From an uncultured Opitutia bacterium (lineage in GTDB: Bacteria > Verrucomicrobiota > Verrucomicrobiia > Opitutales > CAJWYM01), in assembly GCA_913049555.1 (NCBI GenBank), contig CAJWYM010000001.1, positions 52,882-116,881 on the forward strand: a stretch of DNA of 64,000 nucleotides, read 5' to 3'. The notes beneath the pieces are model-generated. The model was not told where the DNA came from and made no database searches. It was given only the letters and a program-made list of their open reading frames with translations. How positions within the stretch are numbered: position 1 is the stretch's first letter; every line of letters begins with the position of its first letter. Shown here piece by piece: positions 22,422 through 31,776 of the stretch. A program made the translations under genes and the position numbers.

Positions 22422-23336
22422 ATGAAAGTTTTTATCCAAAAATTTCCTACCTTTTCTATTCTTTCCCTTATTTTACTATTGTTTCAATTGGTTGGTTGTG
22501 AAGAACAAAAGATTGTTACCTCTAAGAATGTAGCCTTTGGATACAAAGAATTTTGGAAGGATGATAATTTTAACGGCAAACCGGATTTAGGAGAATCTTT
22601 CGAAGATCAGAATAATAATCTGCAGTTCGACCGAAATCACAATTTTCTTTTGTATGAATTGGATCCTAAAACGGGTTTATACTTATTTGACGAAAACAAC
22701 AACCCTGTATTGTTCACAGGAACTGTAAACAAATATTTCATTGGGGGTCAGAAAATGTATGAGCGCAATTATTTAAATGGCCTTTTGCATGGAAAATTGA
22801 AGCGGTGGACGAGTATGGGAATTTTGATTCTTGAATGCTCTTATTTTAATGGGCAATATGATGGTAGATGCATCGAATGGTATCCATTTCCAGTGGATCC
22901 TGAGAAGAAAAAAAGAACTCCGAAACCAGAGGAATTTGATGGAGATGGTTTTAGAGTTCCAAGGGGAATTACAGAGGCTATTACAACGGCTGCTGCAAAA
23001 TTCAAAGATGTGACTCCAACAAAGGAAAGAAAAAAACAAATTAGAGAATGGATTTTAGATCAGTACCAGACCGGTTCTTTCAAAGTCTACAATTGGGGTG
23101 AGTGTGTTTCATTGGCTAGAGCCACTCAAGAAAATCATCCGACCCATGAAAGCAACCTTTGGATGATTCATGCTTTTAAATCCGTTGCAAAAGGAGAATT
23201 TTACAGAAAAAAAGAATCCTATTATAAAATCGGAGAAAAAGTAGACAAATGGGCCGCTTACGATCCAGAGGGGGAGCAAATGTGGGAAGAAAAGTATGAG
23301 GGTGGCCTGCTTGTAGAAAGAACTATGAAGCAATAA
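22422..23336 (+). CDS. Hypothetical lipoprotein with MORN-variant (YwqK-like) repeats
   Basis: ATG at 22422 preferred; lipobox LVGC; repeats such as YLNGLLHG, YFNGQYDG, YKIGEKVD, YEGG. Confidence 0.7.
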   Translation: MKVFIQKFPTFSILSLILLLFQLVGCEEQKIVTSKNVAFGYKEFWKDDNFNGKPDLGESFEDQNNNLQFDRNHNFLLYELDPKTGLYLFDENNNPVLFTGTVNKYFIGGQKMYERNYLNGLLHGKLKRWTSMGILILECSYFNGQYDGRCIEWYPFPVDPEKKKRTPKPEEFDGDGFRVPRGITEAITTAAAKFKDVTPTKERKKQIREWILDQYQTGSFKVYNWGECVSLARATQENHPTHESNLWMIHAFKSVAKGEFYRKKESYYKIGEKVDKWAAYDPEGEQMWEEKYEGGLLVERTMKQ

Positions 23337-23761
23337 AATGGGTGCTAAAAGTGATTTTATCCATTTATCATTAAAACGAGAAATTGTTCAAAAAAATATA
23401 TTACAAAATATAGGTTTTTTTGACTAATTCAGAGTATCAAATTTAGTTATAAAGCGGAACCGTATATCTAGAACATTCCCCATTTTAACAAAAAGATTTT
23501 TTTGAAACACAAACAATCGATAGATTGAACTGTTTGTTGGATTGGATGTGAAAAGCATCACCCAAATAGTAGCCTATATTACGAAGACTCACTTACTAGA
23601 ATCTCTGTGCATTTTAGTTCTAAGAATCATGTGGAGCTTTTATTCATTGAAAACCTTTGCAATAATTTACGAATGAGATTTCTAGGAATAGAGTTTTAGA
23701 GCACTCATTGTGGCCTCATAAATCTAAAATTGTAGATTTTTTTAAAGTCAATTTCGAGGAT

Positions 23762-25384
23762 CTACAAGTTAGAGTCTTCATTTTTTTCGTCGATCAAAGA
23801 CAATGCTTCTTTCAGAGTGTAGCGGATTTGTTCTTTTTTCTCTTCTGATGATATTTTTTCAGTATCCAGATCTATAAAAAAACCGTCATTTTCTTTAACA
23901 AATTCATGCTTGCTTTCAATTTCACCTATAAAGTCATCGACTTGAAAAGTTTTGATTGGATAACCAAATCCTTTTACAGACAGTTCTCCTTTCTCTATGC
24001 ATTTGATTACATCTTTAATCAATACATAAGTGCTGTAGGAAATTTGAATTTCATTCACTTCAGCAGAGCTTTCTAGGCGACTTGCCAAGTTGACCTGATT
24101 GCCGATGATCGTGTAGTCCATGCGCTCATTCGAGCCAAAGTTGCCGACCGTGCAATAACCTGTCGTTATACCAGCCCGTATTTGTAAGGGTCTGACAAAA
24201 CCCTTTCCAGACCACATTTTTCTGAGACGAATCATTTCACGCCTCATTTCGATTGCCATTGATGTGCAAGCAATAGCGTCTTCCTGTTCTCCCTTACTGT
24301 AAGGGTCTCCAAAGAAGATCAATATGGCATCGCCAATAAACTTATCAATAGTGCCTCCATGCTTGAGGGCAATTTTGGACATGGCATTGAGGTAGCTGTT
24401 CAGAACTTCTGTAAGTGATTCCGTTTCCAAAGTATCCGTGAGCTCTGTAAAGCCCTTTATATCTGAGAAAAACACGGTTAGTTTTTTTCGACTAGAGCTA
24501 ATATTTGCTTTGCTTTTACCCAAAAATATAGACTCATAAACTTGGGGTGAAAGATAGCGGGAAAGATCCTTCGAGAGACCTGACAGTTTTTCATTCAAAG
24601 ACTTTGATTCCAGTAATGAGGTTTCTACTTTTTTATTGGCGATTTGCATTTGTTCACTTTTTTCTCTGATTGCGGATAACATATAGTTAAATCCGTCAAA
24701 CAATGATTTGAACTCATCATTACTTTTGAAGTTTGTATGCACTGAATAGCGATCATCTTTGGACACTTGATCCATTGCTTTTTTAAGCTCGAATATAGGC
24801 AGTGTAAATATCCGTTCTAGTTTAAAGGCAAGTATGACGATGATGATAAGAGATAAAGCACTCGCAATCAGTAAGGTGAACACTTGATCGAAAATGGCTT
24901 TTTTGAAACTATTTAAGTTTGAAATTATAATCAAAGACCCTAGGTAGTCACCATCAGAAATTAAAGGAGTATTGACTGCCAATATTCCTAATTCAGAGAC
25001 TTCAAATGCATCCTTTATATTATTATTTTTGTAAAGATATGGAATGACCTCATTTTCAAAAATGGCATCACTTTCTGAGGATTGATAGGAAGCAAATACA
25101 TCTTCAGGGTTCGTATAAATATAGGCAGCTTCAATATCAGAGCTAAATTTTAGGGAATTTAAGGTGGAGAGCGCTGTTCCCTCATCTTCAAATTCAACAG
25201 ATGCGATTAGGTTTTCACCAATGATACTGGTGAACTTGGAGAGTGATTGAAGTCCATCTTGTCGTTCGTTGACGTATGTGAATGCAAATGTTTTTATCAA
25301 CACAATCGTAAGTGCAATCGAAGCACTTAAAAAAAGTAAAAACACTAGTTTTACCCGTATAGACCTGAATTTTTTCGTATTCAT
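23762..25384 (-). CDS. Membrane-bound class III adenylate cyclase (TM-periplasmic sensor-TM-HAMP-cyclase)
   Basis: Two TM helices around a CHASE8-like region; HAMP (PIFELKKAM...DEFKSLFDGFNYM); cyclase motifs FFSDIKGFT, IDKFIGDA, DYTIIGNQVNLASRLE. Confidence 0.92.
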   Translation of the reverse strand: MNTKKFRSIRVKLVFLLFLSASIALTIVLIKTFAFTYVNERQDGLQSLSKFTSIIGENLIASVEFEDEGTALSTLNSLKFSSDIEAAYIYTNPEDVFASYQSSESDAIFENEVIPYLYKNNNIKDAFEVSELGILAVNTPLISDGDYLGSLIIISNLNSFKKAIFDQVFTLLIASALSLIIIVILAFKLERIFTLPIFELKKAMDQVSKDDRYSVHTNFKSNDEFKSLFDGFNYMLSAIREKSEQMQIANKKVETSLLESKSLNEKLSGLSKDLSRYLSPQVYESIFLGKSKANISSSRKKLTVFFSDIKGFTELTDTLETESLTEVLNSYLNAMSKIALKHGGTIDKFIGDAILIFFGDPYSKGEQEDAIACTSMAIEMRREMIRLRKMWSGKGFVRPLQIRAGITTGYCTVGNFGSNERMDYTIIGNQVNLASRLESSAEVNEIQISYSTYVLIKDVIKCIEKGELSVKGFGYPIKTFQVDDFIGEIESKHEFVKENDGFFIDLDTEKISSEEKKEQIRYTLKEALSLIDEKNEDSNL

Positions 25385-25425
25385 CCTATTAAAAAAAAAT
25401 GGATTTCAATGTTATAAAACAAAAT

Positions 25426-27762
25426 TCAGAAACTATAAATTGCTCTAACATAATAATAAGCTCCATTCACTCCATTAGGGGCATAGCGAGAATAAGGGAT
25501 AATACCGTCATGTGCATAAAGGTCTCCAGTAAGGGTGGATGACCATTTGTCAGGGTAACTGTTAAGGAGGTTATTGGCACCGACTGCAATTGTGAATTGT
25601 TGACTCCAATTGTAAGCGAGATCTGTATCTAGTGTCCATTGAGGATCAAAATTGTAGGCTACATTGTCTCTAACTTGTTGGTAGTTGCCATAGCGACTTA
25701 AATTCAAAGTGTAGTCCAATTTTTGGATCTTAAAATGAAATAAGAATTTGGTCGAGGATTGAGGGAGCCCTCGCTCTAAGCGATCGATTTGCTCAAAAGA
25801 GTTTTCGGGGCTAACGGAGGACTGATTGAATCCTACAACTCTGTTTTGGTTGAAATGTTGCCATATCCCAAATTCGATCGATTTTTGATTCTTAAAGTCA
25901 TGTTTATAGTTTAGGCGTAGATCAATCCCATGCGTTTCTGTGTCAACTGCATTGGTTAAAAACCGAACATTAGAGATGTTGTATTTATCCAAGATTGCAA
26001 GCTGTTCAGGGGTAGAACCACTCCGTTCATCTGACAACATGATTCTATCTTTCACATTTACATAGAAATAATCTGTCATAAATGTGAAATTACGGTTGAA
26101 TTCAAAAACACCTCCAAAAGTAAAGTGTGTAGAAGTTTCAGCTTTCAAGGAGGACCCTCCAAAGGCTTGTGAAACTTCGTGATTGGGTCTGAATGTTCCC
26201 TGATCAACAAGATTCCCGCTGGTATCAGCAAAGGAAGATATTTGCGAAAAGTAAGACTGGGACAACGAAGGAGCTCTGAATCCAGTGCTGCTAGATGCTC
26301 TTAACAGAAGCTTTTCCAAGATTCTATAATCTGAGGCAATCTTGAAGTTGGACGTGGAGCCAAAGTCTGTAAATTTCTCATAGCGGTAGGCCGCTTCAAC
26401 GGCAAAGTCTGAGGTAAACTGATAGGTATTATTTGTATACAGGGCATAGCTATTTCGATCTTCATCAACCTCATTCGATGGACGATATCCTGAAAAGCCC
26501 TGAGATCCGTTCCCTGTATAAGAAGCGAAGTCTCCTGCCTCTATTTCATATTGTTCATAGCGGTATTCTAGACCCCCCGCTAAATCGAGTTTTTTAAAGC
26601 CTTTTTTCAAATCAAAGTGGAGGGTGTTTTGGCTGAATGTAAAATTACCATTCTCAAAAGAACTTGGCGAATTGGCACCTAATGAATAGTTCATGCTGTT
26701 ATCTACAGAGAGTTTTATAATATTTTTCCCATAAGTATTACTGATATCCCATTCTACTCCGTTGGAAAGAATACCGGTAACCCCGCCTGTCAAAGAAAAA
26801 TCAAAAATATCAGCCTCTATTAAAGGAAGGAAACCATTAGGAAACAATGGAGAAGAATCAGTGCTTGGTGGCCTGAAAAAAGCACTCGACTGGCTTTGTC
26901 TGAAATTCGATAATCCATGAGAATAAAAAATAAGGTCATTGCCCGTGGGTGCTTCGATATTGAGCATCGTTTCAAGGCTTTTGGTATTTGGCTGACCGTA
27001 ATAAGACTCTACTCGCTTTGGAGTTAAGCGCTTGTCTAATCCTGCTCGTTGAGTCCTTTCCTCTTGTTGAACAGACAACGACAAGTTCGCAAAACCGTCA
27101 TACTTCAATGGGTAATTAGTAAAAATACTGGTTTTAAAGGTTTCACCATCTCCTTTTGAGTGGATCCCCGCATGAGTCTTTACTGTGTGGTCGTCACTGA
27201 TGCCTTTTAGAATAATGTTAATAACCCCAGAGATAGCATCTGAGCCATATTGGGCTGCTGCACCATCGCGTAATATCTCAATTTTTTCTATGGATTCGAG
27301 ATTGATTGTATCCAGATCTACTCCACTGGATCCTCTACCAATTGTGCTATTGGAATGCAAAAGAGAAGATACATGCAATCTTTTACCATTTAATAGGACA
27401 AGAATTTGATCTGGGCTCATTCCGCGAAAGCTAATAACTCGCACATGGTCAGTTCCGTCTGCTATCGCTGGTTCTGGTAGATTGAATCCAGGAACAAAGT
27501 ATCTGATAACTTGGGCTAGGGAAGTGAGGCCCGTTTTCGCAATTTCTTGATGGGTGATGACGTCGACAGGAGTTCTGGAATTCAGAAAGTTTCTGGCTCC
27601 TACGCGGGAACCTACTTCGGCTTTAAGTTCAGATTCCATAGCCATTAAATCTTCGAGGCTCTGGTCAAAAAGATTTTCTGATTCATTAGATGCTGAGAGC
27701 TGAGTTGTTAAACTCAGTAAAATAATTAAAATTAAATTATAAATGTGTTTTGAATCGATCAT
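25426..27762 (-). CDS. TonB-dependent receptor
   Basis: Signal peptide; plug motifs (PVDVIT, FRGMSPDQILVLLNGKR, IEKIEILRDGAAAQYGSDAISGVINIIL); barrel motif GFRAPSL; C-terminal Phe. Confidence 0.95.
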   Translation of the reverse strand: MIDSKHIYNLILIILLSLTTQLSASNESENLFDQSLEDLMAMESELKAEVGSRVGARNFLNSRTPVDVITHQEIAKTGLTSLAQVIRYFVPGFNLPEPAIADGTDHVRVISFRGMSPDQILVLLNGKRLHVSSLLHSNSTIGRGSSGVDLDTINLESIEKIEILRDGAAAQYGSDAISGVINIILKGISDDHTVKTHAGIHSKGDGETFKTSIFTNYPLKYDGFANLSLSVQQEERTQRAGLDKRLTPKRVESYYGQPNTKSLETMLNIEAPTGNDLIFYSHGLSNFRQSQSSAFFRPPSTDSSPLFPNGFLPLIEADIFDFSLTGGVTGILSNGVEWDISNTYGKNIIKLSVDNSMNYSLGANSPSSFENGNFTFSQNTLHFDLKKGFKKLDLAGGLEYRYEQYEIEAGDFASYTGNGSQGFSGYRPSNEVDEDRNSYALYTNNTYQFTSDFAVEAAYRYEKFTDFGSTSNFKIASDYRILEKLLLRASSSTGFRAPSLSQSYFSQISSFADTSGNLVDQGTFRPNHEVSQAFGGSSLKAETSTHFTFGGVFEFNRNFTFMTDYFYVNVKDRIMLSDERSGSTPEQLAILDKYNISNVRFLTNAVDTETHGIDLRLNYKHDFKNQKSIEFGIWQHFNQNRVVGFNQSSVSPENSFEQIDRLERGLPQSSTKFLFHFKIQKLDYTLNLSRYGNYQQVRDNVAYNFDPQWTLDTDLAYNWSQQFTIAVGANNLLNSYPDKWSSTLTGDLYAHDGIIPYSRYAPNGVNGAYYYVRAIYSF

Positions 27763-27781
27763 GTCTTAGCCTCTACTTGGT

Positions 27782-28306
27782 TCATTCTCCATTTTCGGGT
27801 CTCAAAACTTCAGCAATTCTTAAAAGTGAAGATTTAATCTCAAATTCTTGCTTGTTGGTTCTCTCAAGATTTATTTTTAAGCGTGGTTTTTGAGAAGTGA
27901 AATAAACCTGTATCGCACCCCCTTTTTCAGCAAAAGCTCTTGCATTGCTGATCAGCAATATTTTCTTATTCACAGTATAGTCAATGATTTTTTTGAGATC
28001 ATTGGAAGGAACTTTAGGAACAAAAAAAATGCGAGGATTCCCCAGATCTTCAATTTTTTCAATGTAAGTGATCGCTACTTTTTGATTCTTGATTTTTCGG
28101 TTGGCATAAGTTTTTTCAAAAAGATCCCCAAAAGGATTTTTCAATACAGTAATTTGAAAATGCTTTTCGCTCTTTTCTGGCCATTCAATGAATTTTGCTA
28201 TTTTACCAACTAGAGCCACTGTCAACTCATCTTCAGATTTGTATGCATTCAATGTAAGGGTTATAATTATACATAAAAAAACATAGAAAATGTAATTGTA
28301 TTTCAT
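27782..28306 (-). CDS. YfiR-family (DUF4154) periplasmic protein
   Basis: Signal peptide; E..L.VAL..KIAKFIEWP, FAEKGGAI and RLKINL...IKSSLLRIA match YfiR/HmsC-family patterns. Confidence 0.85.
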   Translation of the reverse strand: MKYNYIFYVFLCIIITLTLNAYKSEDELTVALVGKIAKFIEWPEKSEKHFQITVLKNPFGDLFEKTYANRKIKNQKVAITYIEKIEDLGNPRIFFVPKVPSNDLKKIIDYTVNKKILLISNARAFAEKGGAIQVYFTSQKPRLKINLERTNKQEFEIKSSLLRIAEVLRPENGE

Positions 28307-29023
28307 TAGAATTTCTTCAACGGATCGTTAAGTTTTTAAAATCTCATCAATTACCAGTAACAACTAGCAAGAGTGTGTATTCTAAACTTAAATTCATTTG
28401 CTTGAATTGGGTAAAAAGCACGTTTTAATGGGTGTAATTTATTCTTATAGAATAATATAAAAAAAGCCAGTATTTTTTAGTCCTATTTTAAAATAGGGAA
28501 GTTCACTCCTTTTTTTAATATTTCCAAAGGACTCAGGTTCTCCATTCCCAATCTTTATATAAAACTTATAATTTTGAAGGTTTTCTTATCAGCAGTAGTG
28601 ATTTCTCACAATAAGTTTTTATAAAGTCTTTTTATTTTAAATGAATACAGCAGTCTTAGTGATCGATTCTGTCGACTTCATCATGACTAATTGGACTTTA
28701 GATTTTACCAAAACGACAGAACCCTGAATCCTCCAAAAGGATGCAATAAAAAATAAGTTTTGAGCAAAAGATATTGAAGCGAAAAGAGTGATTAAATCCT
28801 GAAATAGAACTTTTGGTTCCGTGAAGATTTTCATAAATCATTGCAGTCGAATCCGTGAAGCTTGAGGTCAAAGTTTTCATGAGGGATCTGGGTTTATCAA
28901 ATTGCATGCCATTTGAGCGTATAAAGTAAACCCCACGCTCTTTTAGTTTTTTAAGACTTAAATTTTAGTTTCTACTTTAGATTGCATTTACAATTTCTAA
29001 AATCATTTGTAGATTCTTTCCCC

Positions 29024-30013
29024 ATGAGATTTTATCTTGAATTCCTAGTCAATTGTTCTATTCCGTTATTGTTTTCTTTTACTGTTGTCTCAGTGTTTGG
29101 CGATTCACTTCTATTTAAAAATGGGGATCGGATTTCAGGATCTTTAATCAATGAAACTCGGACCGAATATGTTTTTAAGACTGAATATGGAACCCTTCGT
29201 GTTCCTATGGATCAAGTTGATCTGGAGAAAGCCCCCAAGATTCAGTCAAAGCCGATTTTAAACTTAGTAGAGGGGGATAAGACCTCTTCGAAACTGAGCC
29301 ATCTGGATCGGTTGAAAATCAGAAAAGCAAAAATAAGGCAAATATTTCCAAATTCTTGGAAGGGAAGAATTTCAAGTAGTGTAGAATTTTTAGAGAGCGA
29401 AAACAGTCGTTTCGGATTTCAGCAAAAATTATCTACTTATAAAAAAATAGAAGCTCAACGCTACAATTTAAACGCCTACTATGCCTATTCTAAAGTAAGC
29501 CAAAAAGATGGGGTCTCAATCAAAACTCGTGATGAACATGGGGCAAACGGGGGACATGTTTGGGATTTTGGAGAGGGCTGGTTTTCTAATACAAGAATCA
29601 GTTATTTGAGAGATGAGCAAAGAGATATTCAATTTCAAGTTCAACCCACATCCGCATTGGGTTATCGGGTTTTTGATGATTCTGATTTAGCCCTATCTTT
29701 TAAAATTGGACCCTCTTGGCGATTCATAGATGCCTCTCAATTGGATACAAACCAAGTAAATTTAATCAATATCGGTCAAAATCTGATTTATAAATTCAAT
29801 GGACAAGTAAAATTTATCCAAAGCGTAGACTATTTTCGAAGCCCTGAGGATTCATCGGTCTCCAATACAATTTTTCGAGCTACTTTGGCTTCCAATCTTA
29901 CGGATTTACTAGATACAAGACTTGGCTATGTCTATGATCACAATAATATTGTAGGTAGAGCGATGCAAAAAAAACAAGGTCGCCTAACCCTGTCCTTCGG
30001 AATTCCATTTTAA
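29024..30013 (+). CDS. DUF481/YdiY-like outer-membrane beta-barrel protein
   Basis: ATG at 29024 preferred; LKNGDRISG-type N-domain, alternating beta-strand pattern, C-terminal LSFGIPF. Confidence 0.75.
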   Translation: MRFYLEFLVNCSIPLLFSFTVVSVFGDSLLFKNGDRISGSLINETRTEYVFKTEYGTLRVPMDQVDLEKAPKIQSKPILNLVEGDKTSSKLSHLDRLKIRKAKIRQIFPNSWKGRISSSVEFLESENSRFGFQQKLSTYKKIEAQRYNLNAYYAYSKVSQKDGVSIKTRDEHGANGGHVWDFGEGWFSNTRISYLRDEQRDIQFQVQPTSALGYRVFDDSDLALSFKIGPSWRFIDASQLDTNQVNLINIGQNLIYKFNGQVKFIQSVDYFRSPEDSSVSNTIFRATLASNLTDLLDTRLGYVYDHNNIVGRAMQKKQGRLTLSFGIPF

Positions 30014-30203
30014 TCTTATTTTCTGATCCGTAAAAAGCTTTTTTTAGAGCTTCGTTTGCAATGGCCTCAAAGTGTAATTGAAAATGGGTTTTATTTTCTA
30101 ATCCATTTTATTCGAATGCATTGAAAAGGATCTAAATTCTCTCGTTTACCCTTTAAATTTCATTCAATAGTTTTTTATGAACAAAAATAGGGAAGTCATT
30201 TTA

Positions 30204-30233
30204 TTGACAAAATGTAAGATATGTGTAAGTTAT
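30204..30233 (+). promoter_or_regulatory. Promoter of the ABC operon with an overlapping TGTAAG-N5-TGTAAG direct repeat
   Basis: TTGACA at 30204, TAAGTT at 30226; TGTAAG at 30213 and 30224, followed by TTAT. Confidence 0.6.
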
Positions 30234-30261
30234 AAGATATCGGAATCTTAATCCCCCAAAT

Positions 30262-31764
30262 ATGACTAGAATCTTTATCATTTGTCTCAGTATTATTTCT
30301 GCTGGCACAGCTTATATAACACTCACTCGTTCTGAAGATCTTTCTGGCACTCCGATTTTAACTTGGGTTACGGATCCAAATCCGGCCCGTTATGAGCAAA
30401 TTGATTTTTTTCATGATTGGTTGATTGCTCAAGGACATACCGATGAAAATGGGGATCCTATTGTTCGAATTCAATTAGAAACAGGGGGCGTGGACAACAA
30501 AAAGATCATCCATGGGGTTTCTGGAGTGGCTGGAGACATCTTGGATATGTACAATGAAGTGGATCAATTTAAAAAATTAGGCATCTTAGAAGATCTAACA
30601 GACTATGCTGATAGATACGGATTCGGTCCAGATCAAACCTATGATGCCATCAAAAACGACATTGTAATTGGAGGCAAACAGTTCGCTTTTCCATGCAACG
30701 TCACTTCCCATGCTTGCTGGATTAATATGGATGTGATGCAGGCTGCTGGGATTGATCAATTGCCAGAGTCTTGGACAGTAGAAGCATTTGAACGGATCGG
30801 TAAGAAATTTGTCCAGAATATGAACTCGAGCAATGAGGCACAAAATTATTTCTTTATGAACAATCCTGGTGATGATCAATTTGTTGGTTGGATCACGGTA
30901 TTGATGAGGTCCAAGGGAGGTTCGTTTTACAATGAGACGATGACTGAATGTATTCTCGATCAGGGACCTTTTGCAGAAATGATTGACTTAAACATCAAAT
31001 GGATTGAAGAAGATCGAATCTTTCCAAATGCTGCCGAGGCTTCCTCTTTTTCAGCTTCTGGTGGGTACGGAGGTGCCAAGATGTCTTTGTTTTTGGAAGG
31101 TAAATATGGGATGATTAATTTGGGACGCTGGCTCCTTGTTCGCATGAGAGAAATGGAGAATCCCCCCAAGGTTGCTGTCAGTCGATATCCTTATTTTGAT
31201 TATGAAAACACAACCATCGGATCGAGGTGCTCTTCAATTTACAAGGGGTCCAAGCATAAAGATTTAGCAGCTCTTTTTCTTGCATTTTTAGCCAGTGATA
31301 AATACAACAATCAGATCGTTGACTGTGCGGACGCGCTTCCACCCAATCCAAATTTTTGCTCCAGTCAAAGATTCCTAAGACCCAGCGAGTATCCCAACGA
31401 GTGGGGAGCCCACGGTGCTGCATTCAGAAGTGCAGATGAAGTTGCGATTCCAGATGCCAAGAGTTTATTTATATCGCAACAAATCTTAGGTCGAGAACTT
31501 AGAACTGCCTTTGAAAAGGTGCAAAGTAAATTATCAAACTCTGCAATTGCTTCTTTGCAGGCTGCAGAGGCAGTCAATGAAGAAATCAAACGCAATGTCA
31601 GTAACAGTCTCCGCTTGGAGAAAAAATTCAAGAACGCACTTGCTTTGCAAGCTAAAATTGACGCATTCAAAAAAGCCGGTAAAAAAATTCCTGTGGATTG
31701 GATCTCCAATCCATTTTTAAAGAAATATTACCGTTCTCTGGGAATGTTGGAAGAAACAAAATAG
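30262..31764 (+). CDS. Carbohydrate ABC transporter substrate-binding protein
   Basis: N-terminal anchor, WVTDPNPAR, GDILD, QFAFPCNV, FLEGKYGM; followed by two CUT1 permeases. Confidence 0.88.
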   Translation: MTRIFIICLSIISAGTAYITLTRSEDLSGTPILTWVTDPNPARYEQIDFFHDWLIAQGHTDENGDPIVRIQLETGGVDNKKIIHGVSGVAGDILDMYNEVDQFKKLGILEDLTDYADRYGFGPDQTYDAIKNDIVIGGKQFAFPCNVTSHACWINMDVMQAAGIDQLPESWTVEAFERIGKKFVQNMNSSNEAQNYFFMNNPGDDQFVGWITVLMRSKGGSFYNETMTECILDQGPFAEMIDLNIKWIEEDRIFPNAAEASSFSASGGYGGAKMSLFLEGKYGMINLGRWLLVRMREMENPPKVAVSRYPYFDYENTTIGSRCSSIYKGSKHKDLAALFLAFLASDKYNNQIVDCADALPPNPNFCSSQRFLRPSEYPNEWGAHGAAFRSADEVAIPDAKSLFISQQILGRELRTAFEKVQSKLSNSAIASLQAAEAVNEEIKRNVSNSLRLEKKFKNALALQAKIDAFKKAGKKIPVDWISNPFLKKYYRSLGMLEETK

Positions 31765-31776
31765 TTGAGGCACTCC

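Noticed and set aside
22422-23336. YwqK-like antitoxin of a toxin-immunity pair
   Set aside because: No adjacent toxin gene; the repeats alone do not support that function
23693-23702. GTTTTAGAGC, identical to the start of a type II-A CRISPR repeat
   Set aside because: Single 10-mer with no repeat-spacer periodicity and no cas genes in the window
28637-28907. Two overlapping 65-69 aa minus-strand ORFs upstream of yfiR (possible pseudogene or riboswitch region)
   Set aside because: No recognisable protein motif or riboswitch consensus by eye; an Rfam/tBLASTn search would be needed
20406-30261. Possible genomic island inserted after pheT
   Set aside because: Content is accessory-like with AT-rich spacers, but no integrase, transposase, tRNA or flanking direct repeat was seen
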